This document shows positions 1 through 8,911 of a stretch of 53,249 bases of DNA, in pieces (positions within the stretch are counted from its first letter, which is position 1; each line of letters begins with the position of its first letter). This DNA comes from Acholeplasmataceae bacterium UBA6181. Lineage in GTDB: Bacteria > Bacillota_I > Bacilli_A > Acholeplasmatales > Acholeplasmataceae. The stretch lies in contig DITP01000092.1 in the NCBI GenBank assembly GCA_002422135.1, forward strand, positions 1-53,249. Direction: 5' to 3'. The notes beneath the pieces are model-generated. The model saw only the letters and a program-made list of their open reading frames with translations. It was not told where the DNA came from and did not search any database. The translations under genes were made by a program, and so were the position numbers.

Positions 1-25
1 CGTTTAGCCACTTCGCTACCCCTCC
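1..25 (-). tRNA. 5' end (25 nt) of a class-II (long variable arm) tRNA, most like tRNA-Tyr; the rest lies outside the window
   Basis: The reverse complement of 1-25 reads GGAGGGGTAGCGAAGTGGCTAAACG. This is an acceptor 5' strand plus a D-arm of the Bacillus tRNA-Tyr type. Confidence 0.6.
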
Positions 26-45
26 GTTTTTTGGCTTGCTTTTAT

Positions 46-74
46 ATTCTATCGTAACAGAGAAGAAAAAGCAA
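46..74 (-). promoter_or_regulatory. Candidate sigma-A promoter for the tRNA gene
   Basis: On the minus strand: TTGCTT (74-69), 17-nt spacer, TAGAAT (51-46). The hexamer sits about 20 nt upstream of the tRNA 5' end. Confidence 0.4.
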
Positions 75-176
75 CCATTTTGATATAACTTTGTTGAATT
101 GTTTACGCTAATCAAATATACACTTTCAATATACTTGAAAAAAGACCAGTAAGTCAAATTGTGCTTTCTATATTAA

Positions 177-371
177 TCACGTGCGTACGTGTAGGGCTTT
201 TTCGATATTTTTTGTTCTTTTTTCTAAATCCAATTTTAAAATCATTATTTCACGGTTACAGCCTAAGCATTTCAGTTTAATTTCCGCGCCTGTTCTTAGA
301 ACTTCCCATCGATCTGAACCACACACATGCTTCTTTTTTGTTTGAACAATGTCGGTTACATCGTACTTCAT
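177..371 (-). CDS. Small DUF951-type protein (YyzM-like)
   Basis: 64 aa with HVCGSDRWEVLRTGAEIKLKCLGCNREI (a Cys...W...C-x2-C pattern). Its ATGA overlap with the parB stop matches the usual position downstream of spo0J in Bacillota. Confidence 0.6.
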   Translation of the reverse strand: MKYDVTDIVQTKKKHVCGSDRWEVLRTGAEIKLKCLGCNREIMILKLDLEKRTKNIEKALHVRT

Positions 372-1195
372 ATTTTCATCAGCCGTTCAATAACTTTTTG
401 AAGATCGTTTTCTTTGCAATGAATGGTTATTTTTTGATCTGAAATTTTAACTTTAAATCCAATTTTTTTCGTAACTATTTTTTCTTGTTCTATATATTTA
501 GATTGTTTCAATCGCTTGATTTGGTTTGTTTTGGTTTCCAACTGAGCCATTTCTTCGACTTGTCTCACACTTAATTGTTTTGAAATGATTTGATTTGCTA
601 TTTTTAAAATCTTTTTCTCATCTTCGAGTTTACTAAGTGAACGAGCGTGTCCCATACTAATTTTCCCATTTAATAGCATATCTTGAACTTCTTGTGGCAA
701 ATTTAATAAACCAAGCATGTTTGTAACATGAGAGCGACTCTTCCCTATTTTTAAAGCTAGTTCTTGTTGAGTTAATTTTAAATTTTGCATCACAATTTTA
801 TAGGCTTCAGCTTCTTCAATTGGTGTTAAGTTTTCACGTTGGAGATTTTCAGCTAGCGCTATTTCTGCAACTTTTGTTTCTTCATATTGCCGTATAATTG
901 CTGGTATAGTACTAAGGCCAACCTTTTGTGCTGCTCGGAATCTTCTTTCGCCGGATACAATAATATATCCTTGTTTTACTTTTTTTAAAATTATGGGTTG
1001 GAATACACCATGTTGCTTGATTGATTGAGCCAATTCGTCTATCTTTTCTTCATCAAATATTCTTCTTGGCTGAAAAGGATTAGGCTTAATTTCCAAAAGT
1101 GAAATTTCTTCAATGATTTCACCTTCTAGTACATCATCCACATGATGTTCGGCAAGTAAATCGGTAAAAGTTCTTGCTTTTAGATCATCTTTCAT
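368..1195 (-). CDS. parB: Chromosome partitioning protein ParB/Spo0J
   Basis: Has the ParB box GERRFRAA and an HTH segment (LTQQELALKIGKSRSHVTNMLGLL). ATG at 1195; overlaps the soj stop. Confidence 0.92.
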   Translation of the reverse strand: MKDDLKARTFTDLLAEHHVDDVLEGEIIEEISLLEIKPNPFQPRRIFDEEKIDELAQSIKQHGVFQPIILKKVKQGYIIVSGERRFRAAQKVGLSTIPAIIRQYEETKVAEIALAENLQRENLTPIEEAEAYKIVMQNLKLTQQELALKIGKSRSHVTNMLGLLNLPQEVQDMLLNGKISMGHARSLSKLEDEKKILKIANQIISKQLSVRQVEEMAQLETKTNQIKRLKQSKYIEQEKIVTKKIGFKVKISDQKITIHCKENDLQKVIERLMKI

Positions 1196-1958
1196 TGTTT
1201 TGAATGACCTCCTTGGCTAAAGATTTATAAAGTCTTGCAGCAGGTGATTTTGGAGCAAATGTTAAGACGGGAACACCATAAGTTGGAGCAACTTGCGCTG
1301 CGACATTGCTCGTGATGATTGTGTCAAAAACTCCTTCTTTAAAATAATCTTTTATTTCGTGAACGATTTCCCAACCAGCTTTTGTTCGTTTATCCAGCAT
1401 GGTCAATAGAACTCCTTCTATTTCCAGTCGTCGATTATTTACTTTCATTTTTTTTTGGACAACTCTAATTGTGTTTAATAATTGTGTAAGACCGTCAATT
1501 GCCAAAAATTGGCATTGAACTGGTATAAGTACAGAGTCTGCTGAATATAAAGCACTGGTTGTTAATAATCCAAGTGATGGGGGGCAGTCAATGATAATAA
1601 AATCATATGCACTCGATATTTCTCTTAATTTTTGACTCAATATGTATTCACGATCTTCTTTATCTAACCTAATCTCAAGGTGAGCAAGTTCAATAGTTGA
1701 TGGAATCACATCGACTTGTATATCAGGTAAATGGATTATCGCTTCTTGTATGGTTTTTTGATCCATTAAAACATCAAAAATTGTAGCAAATAGCATTGAT
1801 CGATTTATGCCCATACTTGTTGTTGTACTCGCTTGGGGGTCAAAATCAATAATCAAAACTTTTTTGCCGAATCCCGCAAGTGCAGCAGAAAGATTAACGC
1901 TTGTCGTTGTTTTTCCTACTCCGCCTTTTTGATTGGAAATCGCAATTATTTTTCCCAT
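1185..1958 (-). CDS. soj: ParA/Soj partition ATPase
   Basis: Deviant Walker A NQKGGVGKTTT; 257 aa; SD AGGAGG upstream; TGA stop. Confidence 0.92.
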   Translation of the reverse strand: MGKIIAISNQKGGVGKTTTSVNLSAALAGFGKKVLIIDFDPQASTTTSMGINRSMLFATIFDVLMDQKTIQEAIIHLPDIQVDVIPSTIELAHLEIRLDKEDREYILSQKLREISSAYDFIIIDCPPSLGLLTTSALYSADSVLIPVQCQFLAIDGLTQLLNTIRVVQKKMKVNNRRLEIEGVLLTMLDKRTKAGWEIVHEIKDYFKEGVFDTIITSNVAAQVAPTYGVPVLTFAPKSPAARLYKSLAKEVIQNNER

Positions 1959-1966
1959 GCTACCTC

Positions 1967-2665
1967 CTATAAAGGCTTCTTCTTCATTAATTGAAAACTT
2001 CTTGGGAAGCCTTTGATATCCTTAATTTTGCTGATTTTAATTATTGTCCTATGTCCGTACCCATAGGGTAGTTCAAATGTTTTTACAAAGTCGATTTTTC
2101 CGCCTAGTTTTTGAATTCCATCGGTCGACTTCACAATTTCATCATCAGCATTCGAACCTTTATAAGCTATGAAACTCCCATTTATTTTGGTCATAGGTAA
2201 TCCCATCTCACAAATTAACGATAAATCTCCTAATGCTCTTACGGTTACAAGATCAAATTCACATTGATGTTTTATTGCATAATTTTCAATACGATCATGA
2301 ACTAAGTTCACTTGACCGATTTCTAATTTATTCATAAGTTGATCTAAAAATTTTAACCGTTTGTTAAGAGAATCGATAATCGTAACCTCTAAATGGGGAA
2401 ACATAATTTTTAACGGTATACTCGGAAACCCAGCGCCCGACCCCATATCACAAATGGAATTTACTTTATCGAAATCAATAAATTTTACTGCCGTAAGTGA
2501 ATCAAAAAAATGTTTATAATAGACATCATTTTGTTCGGTAATTGCGGTTAAGTTTACATTAAGATTATATTCGATTAAGAATTGGTAATACTGCTGAAAC
2601 TGATGAACTTGTTTTGGGCTTAGTTCTATCAAAAAATAATTTCTAATATCAGCTTCAAAATTCAT
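1967..2665 (-). CDS. rsmG: 16S rRNA (guanine527-N7)-methyltransferase RsmG (GidB)
   Basis: SAM motif [15 protein letters not shown], typical length, and position between mnmG and soj. Confidence 0.9.
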   Translation of the reverse strand: MNFEADIRNYFLIELSPKQVHQFQQYYQFLIEYNLNVNLTAITEQNDVYYKHFFDSLTAVKFIDFDKVNSICDMGSGAGFPSIPLKIMFPHLEVTIIDSLNKRLKFLDQLMNKLEIGQVNLVHDRIENYAIKHQCEFDLVTVRALGDLSLICEMGLPMTKINGSFIAYKGSNADDEIVKSTDGIQKLGGKIDFVKTFELPYGYGHRTIIKISKIKDIKGFPRSFQLMKKKPL

Positions 2666-4520
2666 GTTTTAATGCCCTTGATTCTAAATAAATAAGCAAA
2701 ACAGATATATCCGCTGGATTGACACCTGATATTCTTGAAGCTTGCCCTAAAGTTTTAGGTTGTATTTTTAATAGTTTTTCTCGACCTTCTGACGAAATGT
2801 TTCGCACCAACTTATAATCGATGGATTCCGGTATGATTTTATCTTCCAAACGAATCATCTTCTCAGCTTCACGCTGAGCTTTTTGAATGTAACCTTCATA
2901 CTTAACATAAATTTCGAGTTGCTCAATAGAATCTATTGAATAATCATTCCCCATGAAATATCTAACGTCTTCTTGATTTATTTCTGGGCGTTTAAGCAAG
3001 TCATAAACTGATATAGACTCATAAATTTGCGCAGACGAACGAGATTCCAAATATTGGTTATTTTTAGTATTCGGTAATATTTTGATATTACGTGCCTTAT
3101 CGATTAAATCTTGATATTGAGATTTTTTTTCAATGAACTTTTGATATGTTATTTCATCAACTAATCCAATTTTGTAACCATATTCTCTCAATCTTAATTC
3201 TGCGTTGTCGTGTCGTAATAAAAGTCGATGTTCCGCTCTAGAAGTTAGTAAACGATAGGGTTCAATAGTCCCTTTGGTTACTAAATCATCAATTAATACA
3301 CCAATATATGCTTCATGACGATGCAATATCAACGGATCCTTGCCATGTATTTTTAAAGATGCATTTATGCCTGCCATCAATCCCTGTCCAGCAGCTTCTT
3401 CATATCCACTTGTTCCATTAATCTGTCCAGCACAAAACAAGTTTTTAATTTTTTTAGTTTCAAGAGAAGGATTAAGCTGTATTGGATTAATCGCGTCATA
3501 TTCAATAGCATAAGCATATCTAATAATTTTAACATTTTCTAATCCAGGAACAGTTCTTAAAAATTCTTCTTGAACTTCTTTCGGCATGCTTGTAGATAAC
3601 CCCTGAACATATAGTTCATCAAGCTCTACACTTTCAGGTTCAATAAAAACCTGATGCCGTTGTTTATCAAAAAATCGGACGACTTTATCTTCTATGGAAG
3701 GACAATATCTGGGTCCAACTCCTTCAACAACTCCGCCATACATGGCTGATTCATCAAGATGTAAATTAATAATGCCATGTGTTTTAAGATTTGTATGAGT
3801 TAGGTAGCATAATTCTTGTGGATTTTCATCATAATATATCTTATCGTAACTAAATGTTTGTTGATCTTTGTCACCTTGCTGAGGTGTCATTTTTGTAATA
3901 TCAATTGAATCCTTTGCAATTCTTGGAGGTGTTCCAGTTTTTAAACGAACAACATCAAATCCCAAATCTTTCAATTGCTGACTGATGCCATATGTTGTTG
4001 GTTCACCACTTGGTCCACTTGGTGTACGTTCTTTTCCGATTAAAATACTACTATTAAGGTAAGTTCCCGTTGTTAAAATGACTGTTTTACTATATATTTG
4101 TTCACCAGATTGTAAAACTACGCCAAAAACACTTGTTCCATCTGTTATTAATGATTCGACCAAGTCTTCCTTAAGATCGAGATTTTCAGTGTTTTTTAAC
4201 ACTTCCAGCATGATTTTGGGATACTTGATTTTGTCAATCTGTGCTCTTAAAGCCCGTACGGCTGGTCCTTTTGAAGCATTAAGCATTTTGATTTGAATTT
4301 GACCTTGATCAGCACTTTTGGCCATTTGTCCACCGAGAGCATCAATTTCACGTACAACAATACCTTTTGCTGGCCCACCTATCGAAGGATTACAAGGCAA
4401 AGAAGCAACCTTTGACAGGTTGCCAGTAATTAAAATTGTTCGATTGCCCATTCGTGCCATTGCGAGTGCAGCTTCTACACCAGCATGCCCTCCTCCGACA
4501 ATAATTCCATCATATATCAT
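2655..4520 (-). CDS. mnmG: tRNA uridine 5-carboxymethylaminomethyl modification enzyme MnmG (GidA)
   Basis: N-terminal FAD fold [16 protein letters not shown] and the conserved GTTGEP..YG and [17 protein letters not shown] motifs; 621 aa. Confidence 0.96.
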   Translation of the reverse strand: MIYDGIIVGGGHAGVEAALAMARMGNRTILITGNLSKVASLPCNPSIGGPAKGIVVREIDALGGQMAKSADQGQIQIKMLNASKGPAVRALRAQIDKIKYPKIMLEVLKNTENLDLKEDLVESLITDGTSVFGVVLQSGEQIYSKTVILTTGTYLNSSILIGKERTPSGPSGEPTTYGISQQLKDLGFDVVRLKTGTPPRIAKDSIDITKMTPQQGDKDQQTFSYDKIYYDENPQELCYLTHTNLKTHGIINLHLDESAMYGGVVEGVGPRYCPSIEDKVVRFFDKQRHQVFIEPESVELDELYVQGLSTSMPKEVQEEFLRTVPGLENVKIIRYAYAIEYDAINPIQLNPSLETKKIKNLFCAGQINGTSGYEEAAGQGLMAGINASLKIHGKDPLILHRHEAYIGVLIDDLVTKGTIEPYRLLTSRAEHRLLLRHDNAELRLREYGYKIGLVDEITYQKFIEKKSQYQDLIDKARNIKILPNTKNNQYLESRSSAQIYESISVYDLLKRPEINQEDVRYFMGNDYSIDSIEQLEIYVKYEGYIQKAQREAEKMIRLEDKIIPESIDYKLVRNISSEGREKLLKIQPKTLGQASRISGVNPADISVLLIYLESRALKHEF

Positions 4521-4550
4521 AAATTTTTATCTCTGCTTTTAAAAAATAAG

Positions 4551-5195
4551 CTACTCTTCATCCGAATTTGACTCTGATTTTTCAGTTTCTTCTTCAGCAA
4601 TTTCTTCTGTTTCAATTGTCTCGGTTTCGACTGGTTCTTCTTCAAACTTAAAATATGCTTTATAATGTTCTTCTTGTTTTTGAACCATTTCATTAAACCC
4701 ACCTTCACCAAGATAATTTCTGATTTCATCTTGAGCAGCTTGATTTTCTTTACGAACTCTTTTATTGACAATTTGTCCTTGAATCATGTTTGAAATGACA
4801 ACCATCACAATCAATACAAGTAAAATTGTCAACATGTGTTCTTGTAGGAATAGTGTTGCTAAAACCGCAATACCTAGATAAAAAATGATAATTGGAATGA
4901 TAAAAAGTAAATTAATTTTCTTTGTTATCTTGCCAATACGATCTAAAAATTGAACCCAGATGCGATTAATCGGTTCTTCATAGAACTTTTCAATAGCTTC
5001 ATAGTAAGTTTTTTCAATAAGGACGCGATAGTTTATACCATTGGATGTCCAAATAGCAAATCTCCCTTTACCAGCATATTGATAAAGATATGGTGTGTCA
5101 TCCATGTAGAAAAATTCAACCAATACACCGTCAATATTTTGCGACATAAACGGTGTTCCTTTTAATTGATTATATATTTTAGGGTTAAGTTTCAT
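4551..5195 (-). CDS. Hypothetical membrane protein: about 95-aa N-terminal domain, two TM helices, acidic C-terminal tail
   Basis: Good SD (GGAGG, 8 nt) before the ATG at 5195. Two hydrophobic segments (LLFIIPIIIFYLGIAVLATLFL and ILLVLIVMVVISNMI). The tail reads EEEPVETETIETEEIAEEETEKSESNSDEE. I recognised no family. Confidence 0.6.
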   Translation of the reverse strand: MKLNPKIYNQLKGTPFMSQNIDGVLVEFFYMDDTPYLYQYAGKGRFAIWTSNGINYRVLIEKTYYEAIEKFYEEPINRIWVQFLDRIGKITKKINLLFIIPIIIFYLGIAVLATLFLQEHMLTILLVLIVMVVISNMIQGQIVNKRVRKENQAAQDEIRNYLGEGGFNEMVQKQEEHYKAYFKFEEEPVETETIETEEIAEEETEKSESNSDEE

Positions 5196-5223
5196 ATTTA
5201 AATCCTCCGTCTTTTTTATTATA

Positions 5224-5264
5224 TCATTGAATCTATTGATTCATTGAATATCAGTTTCATTGAA
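5224..5264 (-). repeat. Three direct copies of TCATTGAA (TTCAATGA on the minus strand) in the promoter region of the 4551-5195 gene
   Basis: Exact 8-mers at 5224-5231, 5241-5248 and 5257-5264, spaced 17 and 16 nt. The first abuts an extended -10 TGATATAAT (minus strand, 5226-5218). Confidence 0.7.
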
Positions 5265-5276
5265 ATTGGTTAAAAT

Positions 5277-5380
5277 CCCCATCAAGCATCATCACCCACA
5301 TAGTAAACATGCTTATGGCTGCTTCAATCAAGACCTGACCAGGTTCACAAGCTACTATTGAATGATGATGCTTGATGGGG
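5277..5380 (-). ncRNA. ffs: Signal recognition particle RNA (small 4.5S-type, about 104 nt)
   Basis: The minus strand reads CCCCAUCAAGCAUCAUCA...CCUGGUCAGGUCUUGAUUGAAGCAGCCAUAAGC...UGAUGAUGCUUGAUGGGG. It has the conserved domain IV motifs GGUCAGGUC and GAAGCAGCC and a long closing helix pairing 5277-5294 with 5363-5380. The tadA-ffs order matches B. subtilis. Confidence 0.85.
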
Positions 5381-5385
5381 AATTT

Positions 5386-5853
5386 TCATTTTTTTCGCAA
5401 CTCTTTAAAAAATTCTTTAATTAGAATTTGGCTTTCATGAGCCATTACACCAGATTCAACGTGAATTTGGTGGTTGAAAGGATAGTCTAGTAAATTCATC
5501 ACGCTTCCAACAACACCCGCTTTAGGATCTGACGTGCCATAATATAGATTTTTTATTCTTGCTTGAATCATTGCCCCTGCACACATGGGACACGGTTCCA
5601 TTGTAACATAGACATCGCATTCTTCCAATCGCCAGCTACCAAGTTTTTTAGCAGCCTTCATCATCGCTAGGAACTCAGCGTGTGCATGAAATGATTGAGT
5701 TTCTTCTCTTTTATTAAACGCACGTGCAATTATTCTATTTTTAAAAACTATAACTGCTCCAATAGGAACTTCATCGATTAATGCAGCTTTCTTTGCTTGC
5801 TCAAGAGCCGCTAACATGAATTTATTTAAGTTGGGGTTTCCCTGGGACTTCAT
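5386..5853 (-). CDS. tadA: tRNA adenosine(34) deaminase TadA
   Basis: CDA zinc motifs HAEFLAM and PCPMCAGA. The start is uncertain: ATG at 5853 or 5817. The ORF-track start at 5895 runs deep into tdk. Confidence 0.85.
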   Translation of the reverse strand: MKSQGNPNLNKFMLAALEQAKKAALIDEVPIGAVIVFKNRIIARAFNKREETQSFHAHAEFLAMMKAAKKLGSWRLEECDVYVTMEPCPMCAGAMIQARIKNLYYGTSDPKAGVVGSVMNLLDYPFNHQIHVESGVMAHESQILIKEFFKELRKK

Positions 5854-6412
5854 GATAATGTCTTGATCTAGGCTCATACGACTCATTAGCACCAACTAAA
5901 ATCGTAGGATCATTATAGTGTGCTGGTTTACCATCAATAATTCTTTGTGTTCTTGTGGCTGGCAAACCACTTTTTACACATATCGCAGTAAGTTTTGTCA
6001 CAAATTCAGCTCGAGCAAGCAATTCTGGCATTGGACCAAACGGTTCTCCTCTAAAATTACGATCTAATCCACCCACAATCACACGTATACCTTTATCTGC
6101 AAGATTTTCAGCTATTTCAATAATTCCGTCATCAAAAAATTGAACTTCATCAACAACCACTGCATCAGTATCTTCTTTGACATATTTAAGAATTTCATCA
6201 CTCTTTTCAATAATAATGGATGGTTTTTTACTTAAATTATGAGATACAATCTCACCTACAGCATATCGAGTGTCTATTTTCGGTTTAAAAACAAGAACAT
6301 TCTGCTTCGCATATTCTAATCTTTTAATGCGGCGAATAAGTTCCTCAGTTTTTCCAGCAAACATTGGCCCACATACAACTTCAATAAATCCATTTTTATA
6401 GGTATGGTACAT
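5822..6412 (-). CDS. tdk: Thymidine kinase
   Basis: P-loop GPMFAGKTEEL and C-terminal zinc/lasso region. I placed the start at ATG 6412, which is preceded by AAAGGTGA at 8 nt. The track start at 6424 is a GTG. Confidence 0.9.
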   Translation of the reverse strand: MYHTYKNGFIEVVCGPMFAGKTEELIRRIKRLEYAKQNVLVFKPKIDTRYAVGEIVSHNLSKKPSIIIEKSDEILKYVKEDTDAVVVDEVQFFDDGIIEIAENLADKGIRVIVGGLDRNFRGEPFGPMPELLARAEFVTKLTAICVKSGLPATRTQRIIDGKPAHYNDPTILVGANESYEPRSRHYHEVPGKPQLK

Positions 6413-6442
6413 GATTTGGTTCACCTTTCGTTCGAATTTTAA

Positions 6443-6468
6443 TAAAAAACGTGATGTATGATCACGTT
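6443..6468 (-). terminator. Intrinsic terminator after rpmE
   Basis: Minus strand: ACGTGAT-catac-ATCACGT followed by TTTTTTATT. The stem spans 6449-6467 and overlaps the rpmE stop. Confidence 0.6.
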
Positions 6469-6691
6469 ATTTGTTGTCTTGCTTCTTTTCGTTTAGACCA
6501 TAGCGCTTATTGAATTTTTCAACGCGACCAGCAGCCTGAATGAACGTTTGTTGTCCTGTGTAAAAAGGATGACAATTTGAGCAAGTATCAATGCGAATAT
6601 TAGTCGCAGTTGAACCAACTTCGTGTTCAAATCCACATGTTGAGCATTTGACAGTTTGTACGTTAAATTTAGGGTGAATTCCTGGTTTCAT
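6467..6691 (-). CDS. rpmE: 50S ribosomal protein L31 (Zn-ribbon type A)
   Basis: MKPGIHPKF...CSTCG...[20 protein letters not shown] lies before the ATG at 6691. Confidence 0.95.
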   Translation of the reverse strand: MKPGIHPKFNVQTVKCSTCGFEHEVGSTATNIRIDTCSNCHPFYTGQQTFIQAAGRVEKFNKRYGLNEKKQDNK

Positions 6692-6742
6692 AATTTTCTC
6701 CTTCCGCCATAACCAATCGGTCATAGTAAGTTTTGCGAAGAT

Positions 6743-6771
6743 ATTATATCATTCATAAATACTTTAATCAA
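6743..6771 (-). promoter_or_regulatory. Sigma-A promoter of rpmE
   Basis: Minus strand: TTGATT (6771-6766), 17 nt, TATAAT (6748-6743), with an extended -10 TGa. Confidence 0.55.
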
Positions 6772-6797
6772 GTATTATTCATATAATCACTTAAATT

Positions 6798-7304
6798 TCA
6801 AGAAATCTCATTATGCCATGTTTGCCATGTTGCAACAAATCTCTTTGCAATGATTCCCGTTAAGACACCTGAAGGTATACTTAGAAATAACATAATTGGT
6901 AAATACCAAATAATTGCGGTGCTTCCAATCACAAAAATACCCGCTGCAATTTGACCAATACAGTGAAAAATTGAACCGATGACACTGACACCAATCATAC
7001 CAAAAAAATCGGTCTTTTTCATAAGTCCCATAGCGACTGTGGCAGCAAGTGCTCCCGCTAAACTCATATAAAATACAGGCCCAAGTAATTTCCCACTTAA
7101 TAAAGCGACTAAAAGGACTCTTAGAATGGTTAGTATACTACTATCCTTGAAAGAATAAATATATAGAACAACGAGTGTTACAATATTTGCAAACCCAATT
7201 TTTGCCCCAGGAACAGGAATAATCGGGAAAGCAGATTCAATTATGTTTAAGACAATTGCAATTGCTAAAAGGTTAGCGAGCAATGTCATTTTACGAATAT
7301 TCAT
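6798..7304 (-). CDS. Gx transporter family membrane protein (heptaprenyl diphosphate synthase component I-like, PF07456-type)
   Basis: 168 aa and polytopic (5-6 TM), Gly-rich helices. It follows a DUF1312 gene, which is the usual pairing for this family. Assignment is from memory of family features. Confidence 0.65.
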   Translation of the reverse strand: MNIRKMTLLANLLAIAIVLNIIESAFPIIPVPGAKIGFANIVTLVVLYIYSFKDSSILTILRVLLVALLSGKLLGPVFYMSLAGALAATVAMGLMKKTDFFGMIGVSVIGSIFHCIGQIAAGIFVIGSTAIIWYLPIMLFLSIPSGVLTGIIAKRFVATWQTWHNEIS

Positions 7305-7310
7305 ATTTCC

Positions 7311-7805
7311 CTAGATCGTAAAGTCTTCTTCATTTGTATCAAATTCTACACGAACTCGATTCGGTAAACAAATGAGTGGCCAACCTGTCGATTCTCCTTC
7401 TCTGCTACATATATTATTTGGACTTTGTTCTTCAATAATTTGTACACTTTTCTTAGTAAAGTCATATTTTATGACCACAATTTGTCTGACTTTATTAATT
7501 TCATAATCACCTAACAATGTGATAGTTTGTTCCTCTTCATTAATAATTGGATATTGCCCGTATTGGCTTGGCGCCTCTTGGTCATAATTTTTTACAACTC
7601 TGCCTTCACCGTTATTATAAGTAAAATCAATGGTCACTATAGGATTCGATAAATCTCCATAATAAACATACGCTTGAGTTGCATCTGAGTTAAGTGCAAT
7701 TAATCTAAACATCACAAAAAGTGCTCCAACAATAATAAATAGAGCAACGCTAAATATAATATCGCGTCTTGTTTGAACACTTCGTATTTTTTTCATGTTA
7801 CGCAT
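7311..7805 (-). CDS. NusG domain II-containing protein (DUF1312), membrane anchored
   Basis: N-terminal TM (IIFSVALFIIVGALFVMF). The C-terminus CSREGESTGWPLICLPNRVRVEF matches the family end motif C...G..(I)CLPN. Overlaps the apbE stop. Confidence 0.7.
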   Translation of the reverse strand: MRNMKKIRSVQTRRDIIFSVALFIIVGALFVMFRLIALNSDATQAYVYYGDLSNPIVTIDFTYNNGEGRVVKNYDQEAPSQYGQYPIINEEEQTITLLGDYEINKVRQIVVIKYDFTKKSVQIIEEQSPNNICSREGESTGWPLICLPNRVRVEFDTNEEDFTI

Positions 7806-8880
7806 CCAACAATTCAGTATTTGTTAAGTTTTTTGTGATGCTTCCATCATAGTTAAAACGAATAACTTCGATTTCAAGTTCTTCTTGATGCAAATCTAAC
7901 CAAGCATCAAGAACTTCTGGAGACATTGAAAGCATGGCTGTTGATATAGCATCTAGCAATCCCGCATCTTGCCCAATAATTGTGATTGTGTGATAGTAAT
8001 GCATTGGTTTCTTAGTTGTAGGAGAAATAATATGATGATATCTTAAACCCTCATAAATTGCGTATTGTTCATAGTTTCCGCTCGTAGTTATACTTGCATC
8101 TTTAACATGAACTTTGCCATATGAACGATCATCAGTACCTGTTCTTAACGGATTAGCGAGAGAGATTATAAAAATTTCTCCATCACGATCAGGGTTCTTA
8201 CCCAACACTATTGAACTACTGCCTGATGTAATTGAATAATTTTGAATTCCCAAACTTTGAATGTAATCAGCTGCAATTTGAGTTGCGTATCCTTTCGCTA
8301 CTGCACCAAGGTCGATTTTGACATCTTCATGGTTAATTCTAATGTAATATTTTCCAGATTCTTCTGTCAATGTAAATGGCTCATCAATAACTTCAATTTT
8401 ATCAACATCTTCAAGAACTTGATTAAATACTTCTACTGGAATTTCATCAAACACATATCCCGTCATTTCATCAAGAATAGTCTCTTTCCATACATCAATA
8501 ATTTTGCCAATCGAAACATCGAAATGACCGTCTGTTAAATCGTGATATTCTAAAGACTTTTGCAACATCATATATAATGGTTCATCAATTTCTAGTTTTT
8601 GTAAAGTTTTTTGGTTAATAGAGTAAATATTTTCTAGGTAAGTTGAATCCGCAGGCAGTGGGTCTTCATTTGTAGCAAGTTCATGGTACATTTGAAAGAT
8701 TTTTTGGAGGTTATCTTTGATTTCTTCTTCCATATTTAAAGGTGCCTGTTTAATATCAATTGAAATAAACGTGTACATATAATCGCTCAAAGTAAGCTTA
8801 ATAGGCATCGTCTTTTCTTGACAGGCAATGAGTGAGAAAGACATCAAAATTAAAATTGGAATCAATAGTATTTTTTTCAT
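7798..8880 (-). CDS. apbE: FAD:protein FMN transferase ApbE, lipoprotein
   Basis: Lipobox FSLIAC (Cys20 counted from ATG 8880; SD AAGAGG). ApbE motifs DLGAVAKGYA and TSGNYEQY...YHHIISPTT. Confidence 0.87.
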   Translation of the reverse strand: MKKILLIPILILMSFSLIACQEKTMPIKLTLSDYMYTFISIDIKQAPLNMEEEIKDNLQKIFQMYHELATNEDPLPADSTYLENIYSINQKTLQKLEIDEPLYMMLQKSLEYHDLTDGHFDVSIGKIIDVWKETILDEMTGYVFDEIPVEVFNQVLEDVDKIEVIDEPFTLTEESGKYYIRINHEDVKIDLGAVAKGYATQIAADYIQSLGIQNYSITSGSSSIVLGKNPDRDGEIFIISLANPLRTGTDDRSYGKVHVKDASITTSGNYEQYAIYEGLRYHHIISPTTKKPMHYYHTITIIGQDAGLLDAISTAMLSMSPEVLDAWLDLHQEELEIEVIRFNYDGSITKNLTNTELLDA

Positions 8881-8911
8881 AAAAACCTCTTTTTCATTTA
8901 AACTTTTTTCT

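Noticed and set aside
826-846. parS-like TTTCACGT inside parB, and CACGTG cores at about 34964-34972 and 41984-41992
   Set aside because: Only 8-10 of 16 positions match the parS consensus and the palindrome arms are missing. One of them is simply part of the T-box stem I.
4517-4771. 84-aa Lys-rich ORF overlapping the 3' part of the 4551-5195 gene in another frame
   Set aside because: It is an alternative frame of the acidic-tail region (GAA/GAG repeats read as AAG/AAA). It has no SD, and it overlaps both the mnmG start and the better-supported gene.
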